NCBI GenBank assembly: GCA_018673485.1
Contig: JABHCP010000012.1
Coordinates: 30,393-94,392, forward strand
From: Candidatus Uhrbacteria bacterium
GTDB taxonomy: Bacteria > Patescibacteriota > Patescibacteriia > UBA9934
Direction of reading: 5' to 3'
DNA length: 64,000 nt
The position numbers and the translations under genes were made by a program. Below, one piece after another: positions 56,189-64,000 of this stretch (its first letter is position 1; the number at the start of each line of letters is the position of its first letter). Under the pieces are notes generated by a model that was not told where the DNA came from, made no database searches, and saw nothing but the letters and a program-made list of their open reading frames with translations.

Positions 56189-57347
56189 CTTCTGGGGTTG
56201 TTTCCTCGGGTTCGATGTCTGAAGTATCTATAACTTCAACAAAAGCTACCGCTGAGTCAGTGTACTGCGCGTACCAGCACATCCAAAAACTTGGTTTTGT
56301 TTGTACGCGACTTAGTTGAGTGCCAGCGAGTTCGCCATCAATTGCGCGACCACTAACGTCCCATAATGATCCAGTTTGATCGTCGGTCATTGTTTTAGCA
56401 GTCCAGTCGTATGTGAATGTAAGTGTCTGATCGTTAACGTCTGCAAGATATGCAAGAGTTGTGCCGAGCGCTTCGTAGTAGAATCCCACGATGTTGATTC
56501 CACCAACAACCTCGTTGGCAACCATCTTTCCAAGCATTATTTGATCTGCAAATGCAATTGCATCGCCATTAATTTCCAAACCTTCAACTGCCCATTTTGT
56601 GCCAAGCATGTTGGTGGTTTGAGATACTGGGTAGTAAATGATTGTTGCATTGTCGTAATTCTGGTAAGGGTGCATGCCGTAGTCACGTACAAAACCAGTG
56701 TCACTAGAAAGCGCATAGCCATCTGGGTATTGCTCGCTCCAAATATCCCAGCTCATTACTTGGAATGGATATTCAGTTAGTTGTTCTCCGACATGTTTTC
56801 CAGAGATTGCGGTTCCGCGAAGTTGCAACCACAGTGATCCGTCTTTCGACTCGAGAAGTTGGTTGTTGTTGTAAATTTTCCCTGAGTTTGCTAGTTCAAG
56901 ATCTTTTCCGTCGAGCTCTGCCTCGTAAACTGCTGAGCTTTTGCAAAGTGCGCAATGAGTGATCGCTAAGTCAACACCATTGAATGAGTCATTCACCACT
57001 TCGTGCCAGTTTAAAATTTGATATGAGTAAAACCTATGCTCACCGTTGATCTCAATATCAATTCCCAGTACGTCGTCAGCTAGGTACGAGTCAGCTGTGT
57101 AAACGTCATCGAACTTTGGATCGGTTAGCGCTGGAAGCTCGGCAGAGTCATAAATGTCTGTTGGTGGAACTAGATATTTTTCACCGTCGTATGAGATGAC
57201 CTCGGGTAGTAGTCCATTATCAAGCTCAGCAGTTTCTAAATAGCTTTCGACACTCGCCATCCTCCAGGCACGAATGCCAAAAAGTGCAGCTAGGGCTACC
57301 ACGAAGATAATTACTGAAATGATGATCTGTTGATGTTGCTTTTTCAT
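56178..57347 (-). CDS. Hypothetical membrane-anchored exported protein
   Basis: N-terminal transmembrane helix (IIISVIIFVVALAALFGI), 389 aa, acidic. Confidence 0.45.
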   Translation of the reverse strand: MKKQHQQIIISVIIFVVALAALFGIRAWRMASVESYLETAELDNGLLPEVISYDGEKYLVPPTDIYDSAELPALTDPKFDDVYTADSYLADDVLGIDIEINGEHRFYSYQILNWHEVVNDSFNGVDLAITHCALCKSSAVYEAELDGKDLELANSGKIYNNNQLLESKDGSLWLQLRGTAISGKHVGEQLTEYPFQVMSWDIWSEQYPDGYALSSDTGFVRDYGMHPYQNYDNATIIYYPVSQTTNMLGTKWAVEGLEINGDAIAFADQIMLGKMVANEVVGGINIVGFYYEALGTTLAYLADVNDQTLTFTYDWTAKTMTDDQTGSLWDVSGRAIDGELAGTQLSRVQTKPSFWMCWYAQYTDSAVAFVEVIDTSDIEPEETTPEDAE

Positions 57348-57452
57348 ATTGTTGATAAGTCAATTTTTTGCCATTTTTACTTACTTTTAATGATTTGGCA
57401 AGTTAATCCGTCCTTAGTATACTACAGTCTTAACATAATCGTGAATACAAAT

Positions 57453-58076
57453 ATGAGCAGAATTAAAGATTATAATCCGCAGAGTTTGCCCTTTTCTGGT
57501 GAGCTTGAAGGGATGAGTGAGAAAACCATTCAGATACACCATGACAAGCTATATGTTGGCTACGTGAATAAGATGAATGAGATTGATGAAAAGCTGGCAG
57601 AAATAGCACATGGCGAACGTGAGGTACTAGGAAATCAGACATACTCTGAACTGCGAGCCTTGCGTCGCGGTGAGACATTTGCAACTAATGGCACGTATCT
57701 TCATGAGTATTACTTTAATGTGCTCGGCGGTGATGGATCGATTCCAGAGAATGAGCTTATGAGTGCGATCATTGAAAAGTGGGATTCTTTTGAAAATTTC
57801 AAAAAGTATTTTTCAGAAAGCGCGATGGCTGTGCGTGGCTGGCTGGTACTTTCTTGGGATGTGCAGCTTGGACGTCTTAAAGTTTACGGATGCGATACTC
57901 ACGATGAAGGTGGAGTTTGGGGATGCTTGCCAATTTTTGCACTTGATGTTTTTGAGCACGCATACTTCATTGACCATGGATCTGACAGAAAGGCTTACAT
58001 CGAAGCATTTTGGAAAAACATGGATTGGAATAAAGCCAATGAGATATTTGTGAAGTGGAATGGTATAAAAAGATAA
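57453..58076 (+). CDS. sod: Fe/Mn superoxide dismutase
   Basis: IQIHHDKLYVGYVNKMN (metal-binding His region) and DVFEHAYFIDHG (D-x-W-E-H-A-Y-Y equivalent); start at MSRIKDY. Confidence 0.75.
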   Translation: MSRIKDYNPQSLPFSGELEGMSEKTIQIHHDKLYVGYVNKMNEIDEKLAEIAHGEREVLGNQTYSELRALRRGETFATNGTYLHEYYFNVLGGDGSIPENELMSAIIEKWDSFENFKKYFSESAMAVRGWLVLSWDVQLGRLKVYGCDTHDEGGVWGCLPIFALDVFEHAYFIDHGSDRKAYIEAFWKNMDWNKANEIFVKWNGIKR

Positions 58077-58078
58077 TA

Positions 58079-58150
58079 AGAAGATCTCTCGTCGCCTACT
58101 CCTCGAGATGGGAATTAATTTTCCATTTCGAACAGAGTGAGAAATCTTCT
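58079..58150. repeat. Repeat family R2, copy 4
   Basis: agaagatctctcgtcgcctactcctcgagatgggaattaattttccatttcgaacagagtgagaaatcttct. Confidence 0.6.
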
Positions 58151-58240
58151 TGAATACTAAATCAACTCGCCACGTCGGTCGCAGCTAGTGTGATTTGACG
58201 TGGCGGAAGTACAACGGATAATTAATTAAAGAAAATATAT

Positions 58241-58765
58241 ATGATTCAATTAGAATCCAATGCGCCAGAATTTAGTGGTGTCATGTCCTATCATCAAGGT
58301 GAGTTTAAAAAGATCAGCCTAGCTGATTATAAAGGAAAATGGGTGGCGCTATTCTTTTACCCACGTGATTTTACTTTTGTGTGCCCTACTGAGTTGAAGG
58401 GGTTTGCTAAGCATGCGCAAGAGTTTGCAGATTTGGATTGTGAGATTATTGCAGTCTCAACTGACTCTGAGTGGTCGCATAAAGCATGGTTTGAAAAAGA
58501 TTTGCCAGACGTCAAGTATCCAGCGTTGGCAGATGTTACACATCAGATATCAAAAGACTATCAAGTCTATAACGAAGCTGAAGGTTTAGCTGAGCGTGGA
58601 TTGTTCTTGATTAGCCCTGAGGGGATAGTTAAATACATCGTTATTTCAGCTGGAAATGTCGGACGATCGTCTGCAGAAACTCTTCGAGTTCTAAAAGCCC
58701 TCCAGACTGGAGACCTGTGTCCGATGGAATGGGAAACTGGTCAGGAAACTCTCGGTAAGGCTTAA
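58241..58765 (+). CDS. Peroxiredoxin (AhpC/TSA family, typical 2-Cys)
   Basis: FFYPRDFTFVCPTEL peroxidatic Cys motif and C-terminal resolving Cys (GDLCP). Confidence 0.85.
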   Translation: MIQLESNAPEFSGVMSYHQGEFKKISLADYKGKWVALFFYPRDFTFVCPTELKGFAKHAQEFADLDCEIIAVSTDSEWSHKAWFEKDLPDVKYPALADVTHQISKDYQVYNEAEGLAERGLFLISPEGIVKYIVISAGNVGRSSAETLRVLKALQTGDLCPMEWETGQETLGKA

Positions 58766-58766
58766 T

Positions 58767-59129
58767 ATGGTAATCCGAGGGGAAAGAATAGTTGAGACTC
58801 AGGAGGATAGGGATATAAAGATATATGGCAAGCATATAGAGTTAGCGATTGATTTTGCGTTGCATAAAATAAACGACGAGCGTTATCAAGTGCAACAAGC
58901 AGTTTACTCTGCCATGCAAGCACGTAAGATTCCAGAGCGCGCTGTGTTTAATAGATTGAGAAAGATTGTGGAAAAACGTGTGAAGGAGGAGCTAAGAGAT
59001 ATGAAGATTTCTCAAGAACTTGCGAACACTGTCGCTGAGATCGAGAACGATGAAATGATGACCGACGCTGCTCGACTTGAAACAGAGAATACATCAGAGC
59101 GAGATAGAATTGACGCCGAGGCAGCTTAA
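58767..59129 (+). CDS. Hypothetical protein
   Basis: 120 aa, charged helical composition, starts 2 nt after the peroxiredoxin stop. Confidence 0.4.
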   Translation: MVIRGERIVETQEDRDIKIYGKHIELAIDFALHKINDERYQVQQAVYSAMQARKIPERAVFNRLRKIVEKRVKEELRDMKISQELANTVAEIENDEMMTDAARLETENTSERDRIDAEAA

Positions 59130-59134
59130 TATGA

Positions 59135-59159
59135 AAACCGAGTCGCAAGGCTCGGTTTT
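59135..59159 (+). terminator. Terminator aaaaccgag-tcgcaagg-ctcggtttt
   Basis: Perfect 9-bp stem followed by a T-run. Confidence 0.6.
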
Positions 59160-59216
59160 CAGTTTGTTGAGTATTGTGATAAAACAAGTAGGAACCGTGG
59201 AGCAAGGAGTTTTCCC

Positions 59217-59537
59217 ATGGCGCATATTTTCTCTCGATTGAGTCTGCGATATGATGAGTGTGGAAATTGGATCCCACTTGTAATTCGAGGCGTTGTGGTC
59301 GCGAGCGACAAGGAGGTGAATTTGCGCTGGGATGGAGGTGCTCGTTTGAATGTGCTACCACCTCGGTGTGTACAGCATCGTGGTAAGTCAGTTCGTTGTT
59401 TTCGTCAGAATCAATTCGTCGTCATGGTGGATGATGAGTCTGATGAAGAGCTTGATCACTTCAACCATCCTTTGCAGAGGGACAAGCCCACTGCATCATT
59501 GAAGCGCAAACGCCGCAAAAAACGTTCCAGCCGCTAA
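59217..59537 (+). CDS. Hypothetical protein with basic C-terminal tail
   Basis: 106 aa ending KRKRRKKRSSR. Confidence 0.35.
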   Translation: MAHIFSRLSLRYDECGNWIPLVIRGVVVASDKEVNLRWDGGARLNVLPPRCVQHRGKSVRCFRQNQFVVMVDDESDEELDHFNHPLQRDKPTASLKRKRRKKRSSR

Positions 59538-59561
59538 CCACCCTCTTACCACCCGAAACGA

Positions 59562-59597
59562 GAAACACCACCTCGTCCGGGTGGTGTTTCGTTTTTT
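59562..59597. terminator. Terminator gaaacaccacc-tcgtccg-ggtggtgtttc followed by TTTTTT
   Basis: 11-bp stem followed by a T-run. Confidence 0.6.
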
Positions 59598-60471
59598 AGT
59601 ATGCGTTAACAGTTATTGGCTTCATTGGCTTTGGTTCTTCTTCTTTGAGTATGACATAGTCTTCCATTCCTGGAGGAATGACTAGGCCCTCATATGACTC
59701 AAGGCCAGTCAGCATAATTCGAGCTCCATATGATTTTGTGGGAAGTTCCAAGCCCTTTGCGCTTTTTAGACCACTCAAATCAATTAGTCCTGAAATGTCA
59801 TTATTTAGTTTTAAGCCTTCTGGTGATGTAAGGCCGCTAAGATACAGCCCGTCCAATCTGCTTGGTAGTATTAGGCCCACAGCTGTTGTTAAAGAGCTCA
59901 TATCAAGTAAGCCTAGAACTTCCTCTGGCAACTTCAGACCTTCTGCGGATGTAATACCACTGATTTCAACATCACCGTTAACTACTTTGGGAAATGTTGC
60001 TGATTCTAGATCTTTTATGTCTATTTTTAAGTCACCGTGGTGAAATTCTATATTACCACTCATTGCAGTTTCTTGATCGGTGCTAATTTTGCCTTGTTCT
60101 ATACCAAGCGCAGTTGATAGATCAGTTTTAACATCTCTTTCGAGTCCTTTCTTGATTTGAAATCCTGCATGTACCATTGGTCTTACAACGTCATAGTATG
60201 TGTCCTCAGTTACAAGCCCTAAGGGTCTCAAGTCCTGAGGTAAATAAATCATTTTTAATTCTTCCGGATTGAGGTCCTCGCCTTGATCTATTTTTGCCTG
60301 TATTGCATCAAAATCTTCGATCCTTTTTTCTACATATTTACTGATGTATTCAGTGTCCTCCTCGATTGTATTTTCAGGTACTTCTGAGTTATTTGTTTTA
60401 TTTTCGAGCTTAGCGAGCTTTGATTCATCAAGGTCAACTGGTGGTCGACCCAACTCTGGTGAAATTGGCAT
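59596..60471 (-). CDS. Hypothetical protein with tandem roughly 11-residue LSGL(T/K)S.EGL.L repeats
   Basis: Internal periodic repeats visible in the translation (LSGLTSPEGLKLN, LSGLKSAKGLELP, LTGLESYEGLVIP). Confidence 0.45.
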   Translation of the reverse strand: MPISPELGRPPVDLDESKLAKLENKTNNSEVPENTIEEDTEYISKYVEKRIEDFDAIQAKIDQGEDLNPEELKMIYLPQDLRPLGLVTEDTYYDVVRPMVHAGFQIKKGLERDVKTDLSTALGIEQGKISTDQETAMSGNIEFHHGDLKIDIKDLESATFPKVVNGDVEISGITSAEGLKLPEEVLGLLDMSSLTTAVGLILPSRLDGLYLSGLTSPEGLKLNNDISGLIDLSGLKSAKGLELPTKSYGARIMLTGLESYEGLVIPPGMEDYVILKEEEPKPMKPITVNAY

Positions 60472-60484
60472 AGAATATTTTATA

Positions 60485-60715
60485 TTAAATATTTAATAAT
60501 TCTTTAAGCTTTGGTTTATCAAATCCGATCACTATATCTTCCCCGATTGCTGTTACAGGCACTCCCATTTGGCCTGATTTGTGAATCATCTCTTGGGCTT
60601 GTTCGTGACTAGCTGATACGTCTATTTCTTCGAACTCAACATTGTGTTTGTTCAAGAATTCTTTCACCAGTTTGCAGTACGGGCAAGTTGGAGTTGAGTA
60701 GACGGTGATTTTCAT
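60485..60715 (-). CDS. Glutaredoxin-like protein (thioredoxin fold, CPYC active site)
   Basis: MKITVYSTPTCPYCKLVKEFL; 76 aa. Confidence 0.7.
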   Translation of the reverse strand: MKITVYSTPTCPYCKLVKEFLNKHNVEFEEIDVSASHEQAQEMIHKSGQMGVPVTAIGEDIVIGFDKPKLKELLNI

Positions 60716-60723
60716 AGTGAATG

Positions 60724-60755
60724 AATTATATCGCAGAAGGTAGAATGTAGAAAGT
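60724..60755. repeat. R3 heptad repeat upstream of the glutaredoxin-like gene
   Basis: gcagaaggtagaatgtagaaagtagaatgtag; the minus strand reads CTACATTCTACTTTCTACATTCTACCTTCTGCGATATAAT..ATG, identical in register to the 20801 copy. Confidence 0.65.
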
Positions 60756-60798
60756 AGAATGTAGCTCGATTTCGTTCAAAACTGCCTACCGCCCCCCC

Positions 60799-62349
60799 CT
60801 ACAACGTTTCAATCCAACCGAGAAGTGTGCGTACTCCGAATCCTGTTCCGCCTTTACCTAGGTATGACGCCATTGGTTTTTCCGCAAATGCAGGTCCGGC
60901 AATGTCGATGTGCGCCCACTTTTGATCTTCATTTATAAATTCTTTTAGAAACAGTCCTGCTGTCAATGTTCCGCCATAACGTGAGCTTGAAATATTTCGC
61001 AAGTCAGCAATGTCAGATTCGATCAATTTCGCATACTTTCCATAAAGTGGCATTTCCCACATTTGCTCATCTGATTTTTCTGCGGCCGCCATTAGTGATT
61101 TTGATAAATCTGAGTCATTACCCATTACTGCACTAATTTCCTCGCCGAGTGCCACAACGCATGCGCCTGTCAAAGTCGCAAGATCGACAACATAGTCTGG
61201 TTTTTGTTTTTGTGCGTAAACAAGCGCGTCAGCCAGTGTCAGTCTTCCCTCTGCGTCAGTGTTCAAAATCTCGATAGTTTTATCGTTTGCGGCTCGAACG
61301 ATATCTCCTGGCCGAATAGCCTTTCCAGAAGGCATATTCTCTGTTGCGGCAATGATTCCGTGAACTTCGATATTTGGATTTGTCCTAGCGAGTGCTGCAA
61401 ACAATCCAAGCACTGCGGCCGATCCTGCCATATCGCATTTCATTGTTTCCATGTACTGCGCTGGTTTAATGGATAGTCCGCCTGAGTCAAATGTTACGCC
61501 CTTACCAACAACGGCAACTATTTTCTTTGCTTTTTCTGGCTTGTAGGTTAAGTGGATGAGTCTTGGTTCGGAATCTGCTCCCTGGGCAACAGCAAGATAT
61601 GCATTCATTTTTTTCTTCTCGATCTGCTCGCGGTTGTAAACTCGAACTTTGATGTTGGGTGACATCTTAGCGATCTTCTCTGCGGTTTGTGCTAGCCGTG
61701 TTGGTTTCATGTCCTGCGCTGGAGTGTTTACCAAGTCACGTGCCACTGTCACGCCATCAATGAGCATTTCAGCTTTCTCAATTCCCTTCTGTGCTTTATT
61801 CGCATCACGTCCATCCTCGGCGATCAAATAGATTTCTTCAAGAATGTTTTTTTGCTTTGGTTTTTTGTAAGTATCGAATTGATATGAGGCAAGCAGTAGG
61901 GCTTCGGCTATCTTCTGACCGGTGATTTTAGCATCGAACTTAACATCGTCTTCACCAAAGAGCTCGATGGCAACACTTGTCACTGGAAGTCCTTGTAGAA
62001 ATCCGTAAATAGATCCTGATACCTCACGAAGTGATGCACTGAGATTTGTTTGTTTGCCCAGCCCAACAATTAGTAAGTCCGAAAAGTTAAGCATTTGACC
62101 AGCCTTACCTTCGAATTCTTTTTTCTTAGCGTTTACTTTTAATTTACCGCCAGTTTCCTCACCAAGTCGCAGAATAAAATCATTTTCCCAATTCTCACCC
62201 TCGTAAATTCCAACAATGCGGATATCCACATCCTGAGTTAATATATCTCCTTTTTTTGCTGTGATGTTCACAAAGTCTTGTTTATATAAAGGTTTTACCG
62301 ATTTTTGTACGTTTTGTCCAGGAAAAAGATTGGTTCTTAATTTTGACAA
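60799..62349 (-). CDS. pepA: Leucyl aminopeptidase (M17 family)
   Basis: NTDAEGRLTLADAL signature plus upstream VGKGVTFDSGG motif. Confidence 0.9.
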   Translation of the reverse strand: MSKLRTNLFPGQNVQKSVKPLYKQDFVNITAKKGDILTQDVDIRIVGIYEGENWENDFILRLGEETGGKLKVNAKKKEFEGKAGQMLNFSDLLIVGLGKQTNLSASLREVSGSIYGFLQGLPVTSVAIELFGEDDVKFDAKITGQKIAEALLLASYQFDTYKKPKQKNILEEIYLIAEDGRDANKAQKGIEKAEMLIDGVTVARDLVNTPAQDMKPTRLAQTAEKIAKMSPNIKVRVYNREQIEKKKMNAYLAVAQGADSEPRLIHLTYKPEKAKKIVAVVGKGVTFDSGGLSIKPAQYMETMKCDMAGSAAVLGLFAALARTNPNIEVHGIIAATENMPSGKAIRPGDIVRAANDKTIEILNTDAEGRLTLADALVYAQKQKPDYVVDLATLTGACVVALGEEISAVMGNDSDLSKSLMAAAEKSDEQMWEMPLYGKYAKLIESDIADLRNISSSRYGGTLTAGLFLKEFINEDQKWAHIDIAGPAFAEKPMASYLGKGGTGFGVRTLLGWIETL

Positions 62350-62409
62350 GTGTATAAGATCTTGACTATATTGCTATATTTAGCTATTATTCTCGCGAAC
62401 TAAAAGATA

Positions 62410-62541
62410 TGCCACATTGTACACAAATGAAGCGCAAGAAGGCACGGGCGATTGAAGCCGATAAACGTGTTGTAGCTGCAAGAAAGCGACGAAGAGCTAA
62501 GGCGATTCGTTTGTCAAAGGCAGAAGACGCTGCAAAATAAA
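62410..62541 (+). CDS. Putative 43-aa highly basic peptide (MPHCTQMKRKKARAIEADKRVVAARKRRRAKAIRLSKAEDAAK)
   Basis: Not in the supplied ORF track because it is under 60 aa; followed by the same terminator sequence as the next gene. Confidence 0.3.
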
Positions 62542-62544
62542 AAT

Positions 62545-62576
62545 ACCCTTTCGATTCGTTCGAGAGGGTGTTTTTT
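62545..62576 (+). terminator. Terminator accctttcgattcgttcgagagggtg then TTTTTT (copy 1 of 2)
   Basis: Near-identical to 63344-63375. Confidence 0.6.
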
Positions 62577-62650
62577 ATCCCCAATGTTGTTGTTTGAGTT
62601 ACCGTTCTCATATAAAATAAAAATATAAAAAAATATTTAAATATTTCAAT

Positions 62651-63322
62651 ATGGGCGAACAAATACAGAAAAATCCTGAAGAGACTGTAGATCCAGCGGA
62701 AAGTGGTGAGATTAACTCGTCAGAGAAATCCGATGGTGAGCAGGAAGCCGATAGCCTGAAAAATGAATTGAAGGGTCTTTTGGGCGATGAAGATAGTAGC
62801 TTTGGGAAGCGAAGAGCTCGGGTTGATGCCATGGATAGATTAAAAGGTGAAGTCGGTGTAGAGGGTATGTTCCAGGAGATTATTTCTGCAAACGAAGAAG
62901 GTATGTTGGAGGATTCATTGATGTACGATCTTATTGGAAGGTATGTAAGAGAACATCTTCTCGGTACCGCAAAGATTCAGGCAAGAGGTAAGTTTTTCAG
63001 GCGTCAATATGAAAAATCACCATTGATTAAAGATGCGCCATTACGGGAAATGATTCAAGCAGTTCTTGATGAACTATTGTCAATAACTTCCTTTGACAAA
63101 GATATTCAAAATATTGCATTACAAGAGTTTGTTAATGAATATGATTCCCGGGTTATTGAGGAGGAGCGTAATGTGGAGGATGGTCAATGGAGGGCAAATG
63201 AAGCCAACTCAGAAGAAGATCGTCAAATGTGGCTTCGTAGAAAGAAGCATAGTGAGGCAGAAGTTATCAAGCGGCAAGCTAATAGAGATGAAGTTGAGGA
63301 AATGATCGCAGCGCTTAAATAA
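62651..63322 (+). CDS. Hypothetical acidic protein
   Basis: 223 aa, Glu/Asp-rich, no recognised motif. Confidence 0.45.
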   Translation: MGEQIQKNPEETVDPAESGEINSSEKSDGEQEADSLKNELKGLLGDEDSSFGKRRARVDAMDRLKGEVGVEGMFQEIISANEEGMLEDSLMYDLIGRYVREHLLGTAKIQARGKFFRRQYEKSPLIKDAPLREMIQAVLDELLSITSFDKDIQNIALQEFVNEYDSRVIEEERNVEDGQWRANEANSEEDRQMWLRRKKHSEAEVIKRQANRDEVEEMIAALK

Positions 63323-63343
63323 ATTTCACGTAAAATAAAAGTA

Positions 63344-63375
63344 CCCTTTCGATTCGTTCGAGAGGGTGTTTTTTT
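63344..63375 (+). terminator. Terminator accctttcgattcgttcgagagggtg then TTTTTTT (copy 2 of 2)
   Basis: Duplicate of the 62545 terminator. Confidence 0.6.
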
Positions 63376-63389
63376 ATACATAGATTGGA

Positions 63390-63418
63390 TTGACATATTG
63401 TACTGAGGTTGCTAATCT
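63390..63418 (+). promoter_or_regulatory. Sigma70-like promoter TTGACA-17bp-TAATCT upstream of a high-GC H+-PPase gene
   Basis: ttgacatattgtactgaggttgctaatct. Confidence 0.45.
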
Positions 63419-63504
63419 TTCCGCGCCTTTCGCAGAAATGAAGCGGAGGGGGAATGAACCCATGAATGTCTAACCTTCCTGGTAGACAAGAGGAGAAGTA
63501 CGTT

Positions 63505-64000
63505 ATGCAGAACTTTGCATACCTTGTGCCCGCAGCGGGTATCTTGGCGTTGATCTACGCCTTCATCAAGACCCAGTGGATCAACAGGCAAGATCCGGGT
63601 GACGCGAAGATGCAGGAGATCGGTCTGGCTATCCGTGAAGGAGCCATGGCCTTCCTGGCCACTGAGTACAAGGTCCTCGCGATCTTCGTCGCGGTGGTCG
63701 CGGTCCTCCTGGGCGTCGTCAACTTCATGCAGATCGGTCCGTCGGCATCGTTCGTTTCGTTGTCCTTTGTCGTCGGTGCAGGCTGCTCTGGCTTGGCTGG
63801 CTTCATCGGGATGCGAGTGGCTACTGCCGCCAACGTTCGTACCACGGCTGCAGCTCGCACCAGCCTTCCCGACGCTCTCCAGGTCGCCTTCTCCGGCGGC
63901 GCTGTCATGGGCATGTCCGTGGTCGGTTTGGCACTGCTCGGGCTCGGTGGTCTCTACCTGCTCTACATCGCCATGTTCGGTGGTGGTCCCGAGGCCGATC
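63505..64000 (+). CDS. hppA: Membrane-bound proton-translocating pyrophosphatase (H+-PPase), 5' part; continues beyond the window
   Basis: AGGAGAAG ribosome-binding site; translation [67 protein letters not shown]... matches the HppA N-terminus; GC about 62%; reading frame open to the window end; the minus-strand ORF 63555-63914 is its antisense artefact. Confidence 0.75.
   Translation, partial: MQNFAYLVPAAGILALIYAFIKTQWINRQDPGDAKMQEIGLAIREGAMAFLATEYKVLAIFVAVVAVLLGVVNFMQIGPSASFVSLSFVVGAGCSGLAGFIGMRVATAANVRTTAAARTSLPDALQVAFSGGAVMGMSVVGLALLGLGGLYLLYIAMFGGGPEAD

Noticed and set aside
63555-63914. Minus-strand 119-aa ORF at the window end
   Set aside because: It is the antisense of a plus-strand frame that translates to a textbook H+-pyrophosphatase N-terminus starting at 63505 with a good ribosome-binding site.

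Overview
This 64 kb window reads as a low-GC (roughly 35-40%) bacterial chromosome segment with small, tightly packed housekeeping genes under the standard genetic code, consistent with a reduced-genome lineage such as CPR/Patescibacteria (inference).

Core content, in window order:
- A glycosyltransferase cluster of three transferases plus a polytopic membrane protein (1-3682).
- fmt, a YjjX-like ITPase and def.
- A PriA-like primosomal protein, a MEMO1-like protein, ClpB, a TagA/WecB-family transferase and gltX.
- An M23 peptidase, an FtsQ-like protein, alr, serS, a RibL-like FAD synthetase, lysS and greA.
- A mreB-mreC-mreD-pbp2 operon.
- A UvrD-like helicase fused to a Cas4-like nuclease.
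- A complete F-type ATP synthase operon (atpI-like, atpB, atpE, atpF, atpH, atpA, atpG, atpD, atpC).
- tatD, cvpA-like, metG, rsmI, Fe/Mn SOD, a peroxiredoxin, a glutaredoxin-like protein and pepA.
- The 5' part of an H+-pyrophosphatase gene at the window end.
- Three tRNA-type genes: tRNA-Ala(GGC), and an adjacent pair that both look aberrant.

Three things stand out:
1. At least five compositionally foreign loci (GC about 55-62%) share one architecture: a TTGACA-17bp-TAnnnT promoter, a short GC hairpin, an AAGGAGG ribosome-binding site, a GC-rich ORF and a hairpin terminator. One locus is a tandem duplication of the whole unit.
2. The intergenic space is saturated with at least five short dispersed repeat families. 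One, an RPE-like palindromic element, is inserted in-frame into two unrelated genes so that both proteins carry the same peptide. Another places a Shine-Dalgarno-sequestering hairpin directly upstream of several start codons.
3. A dense DnaA-box cluster lies upstream of clpB.

Every call rests on reading the sequence and the ORF translations by eye. No database or covariance-model search was possible.
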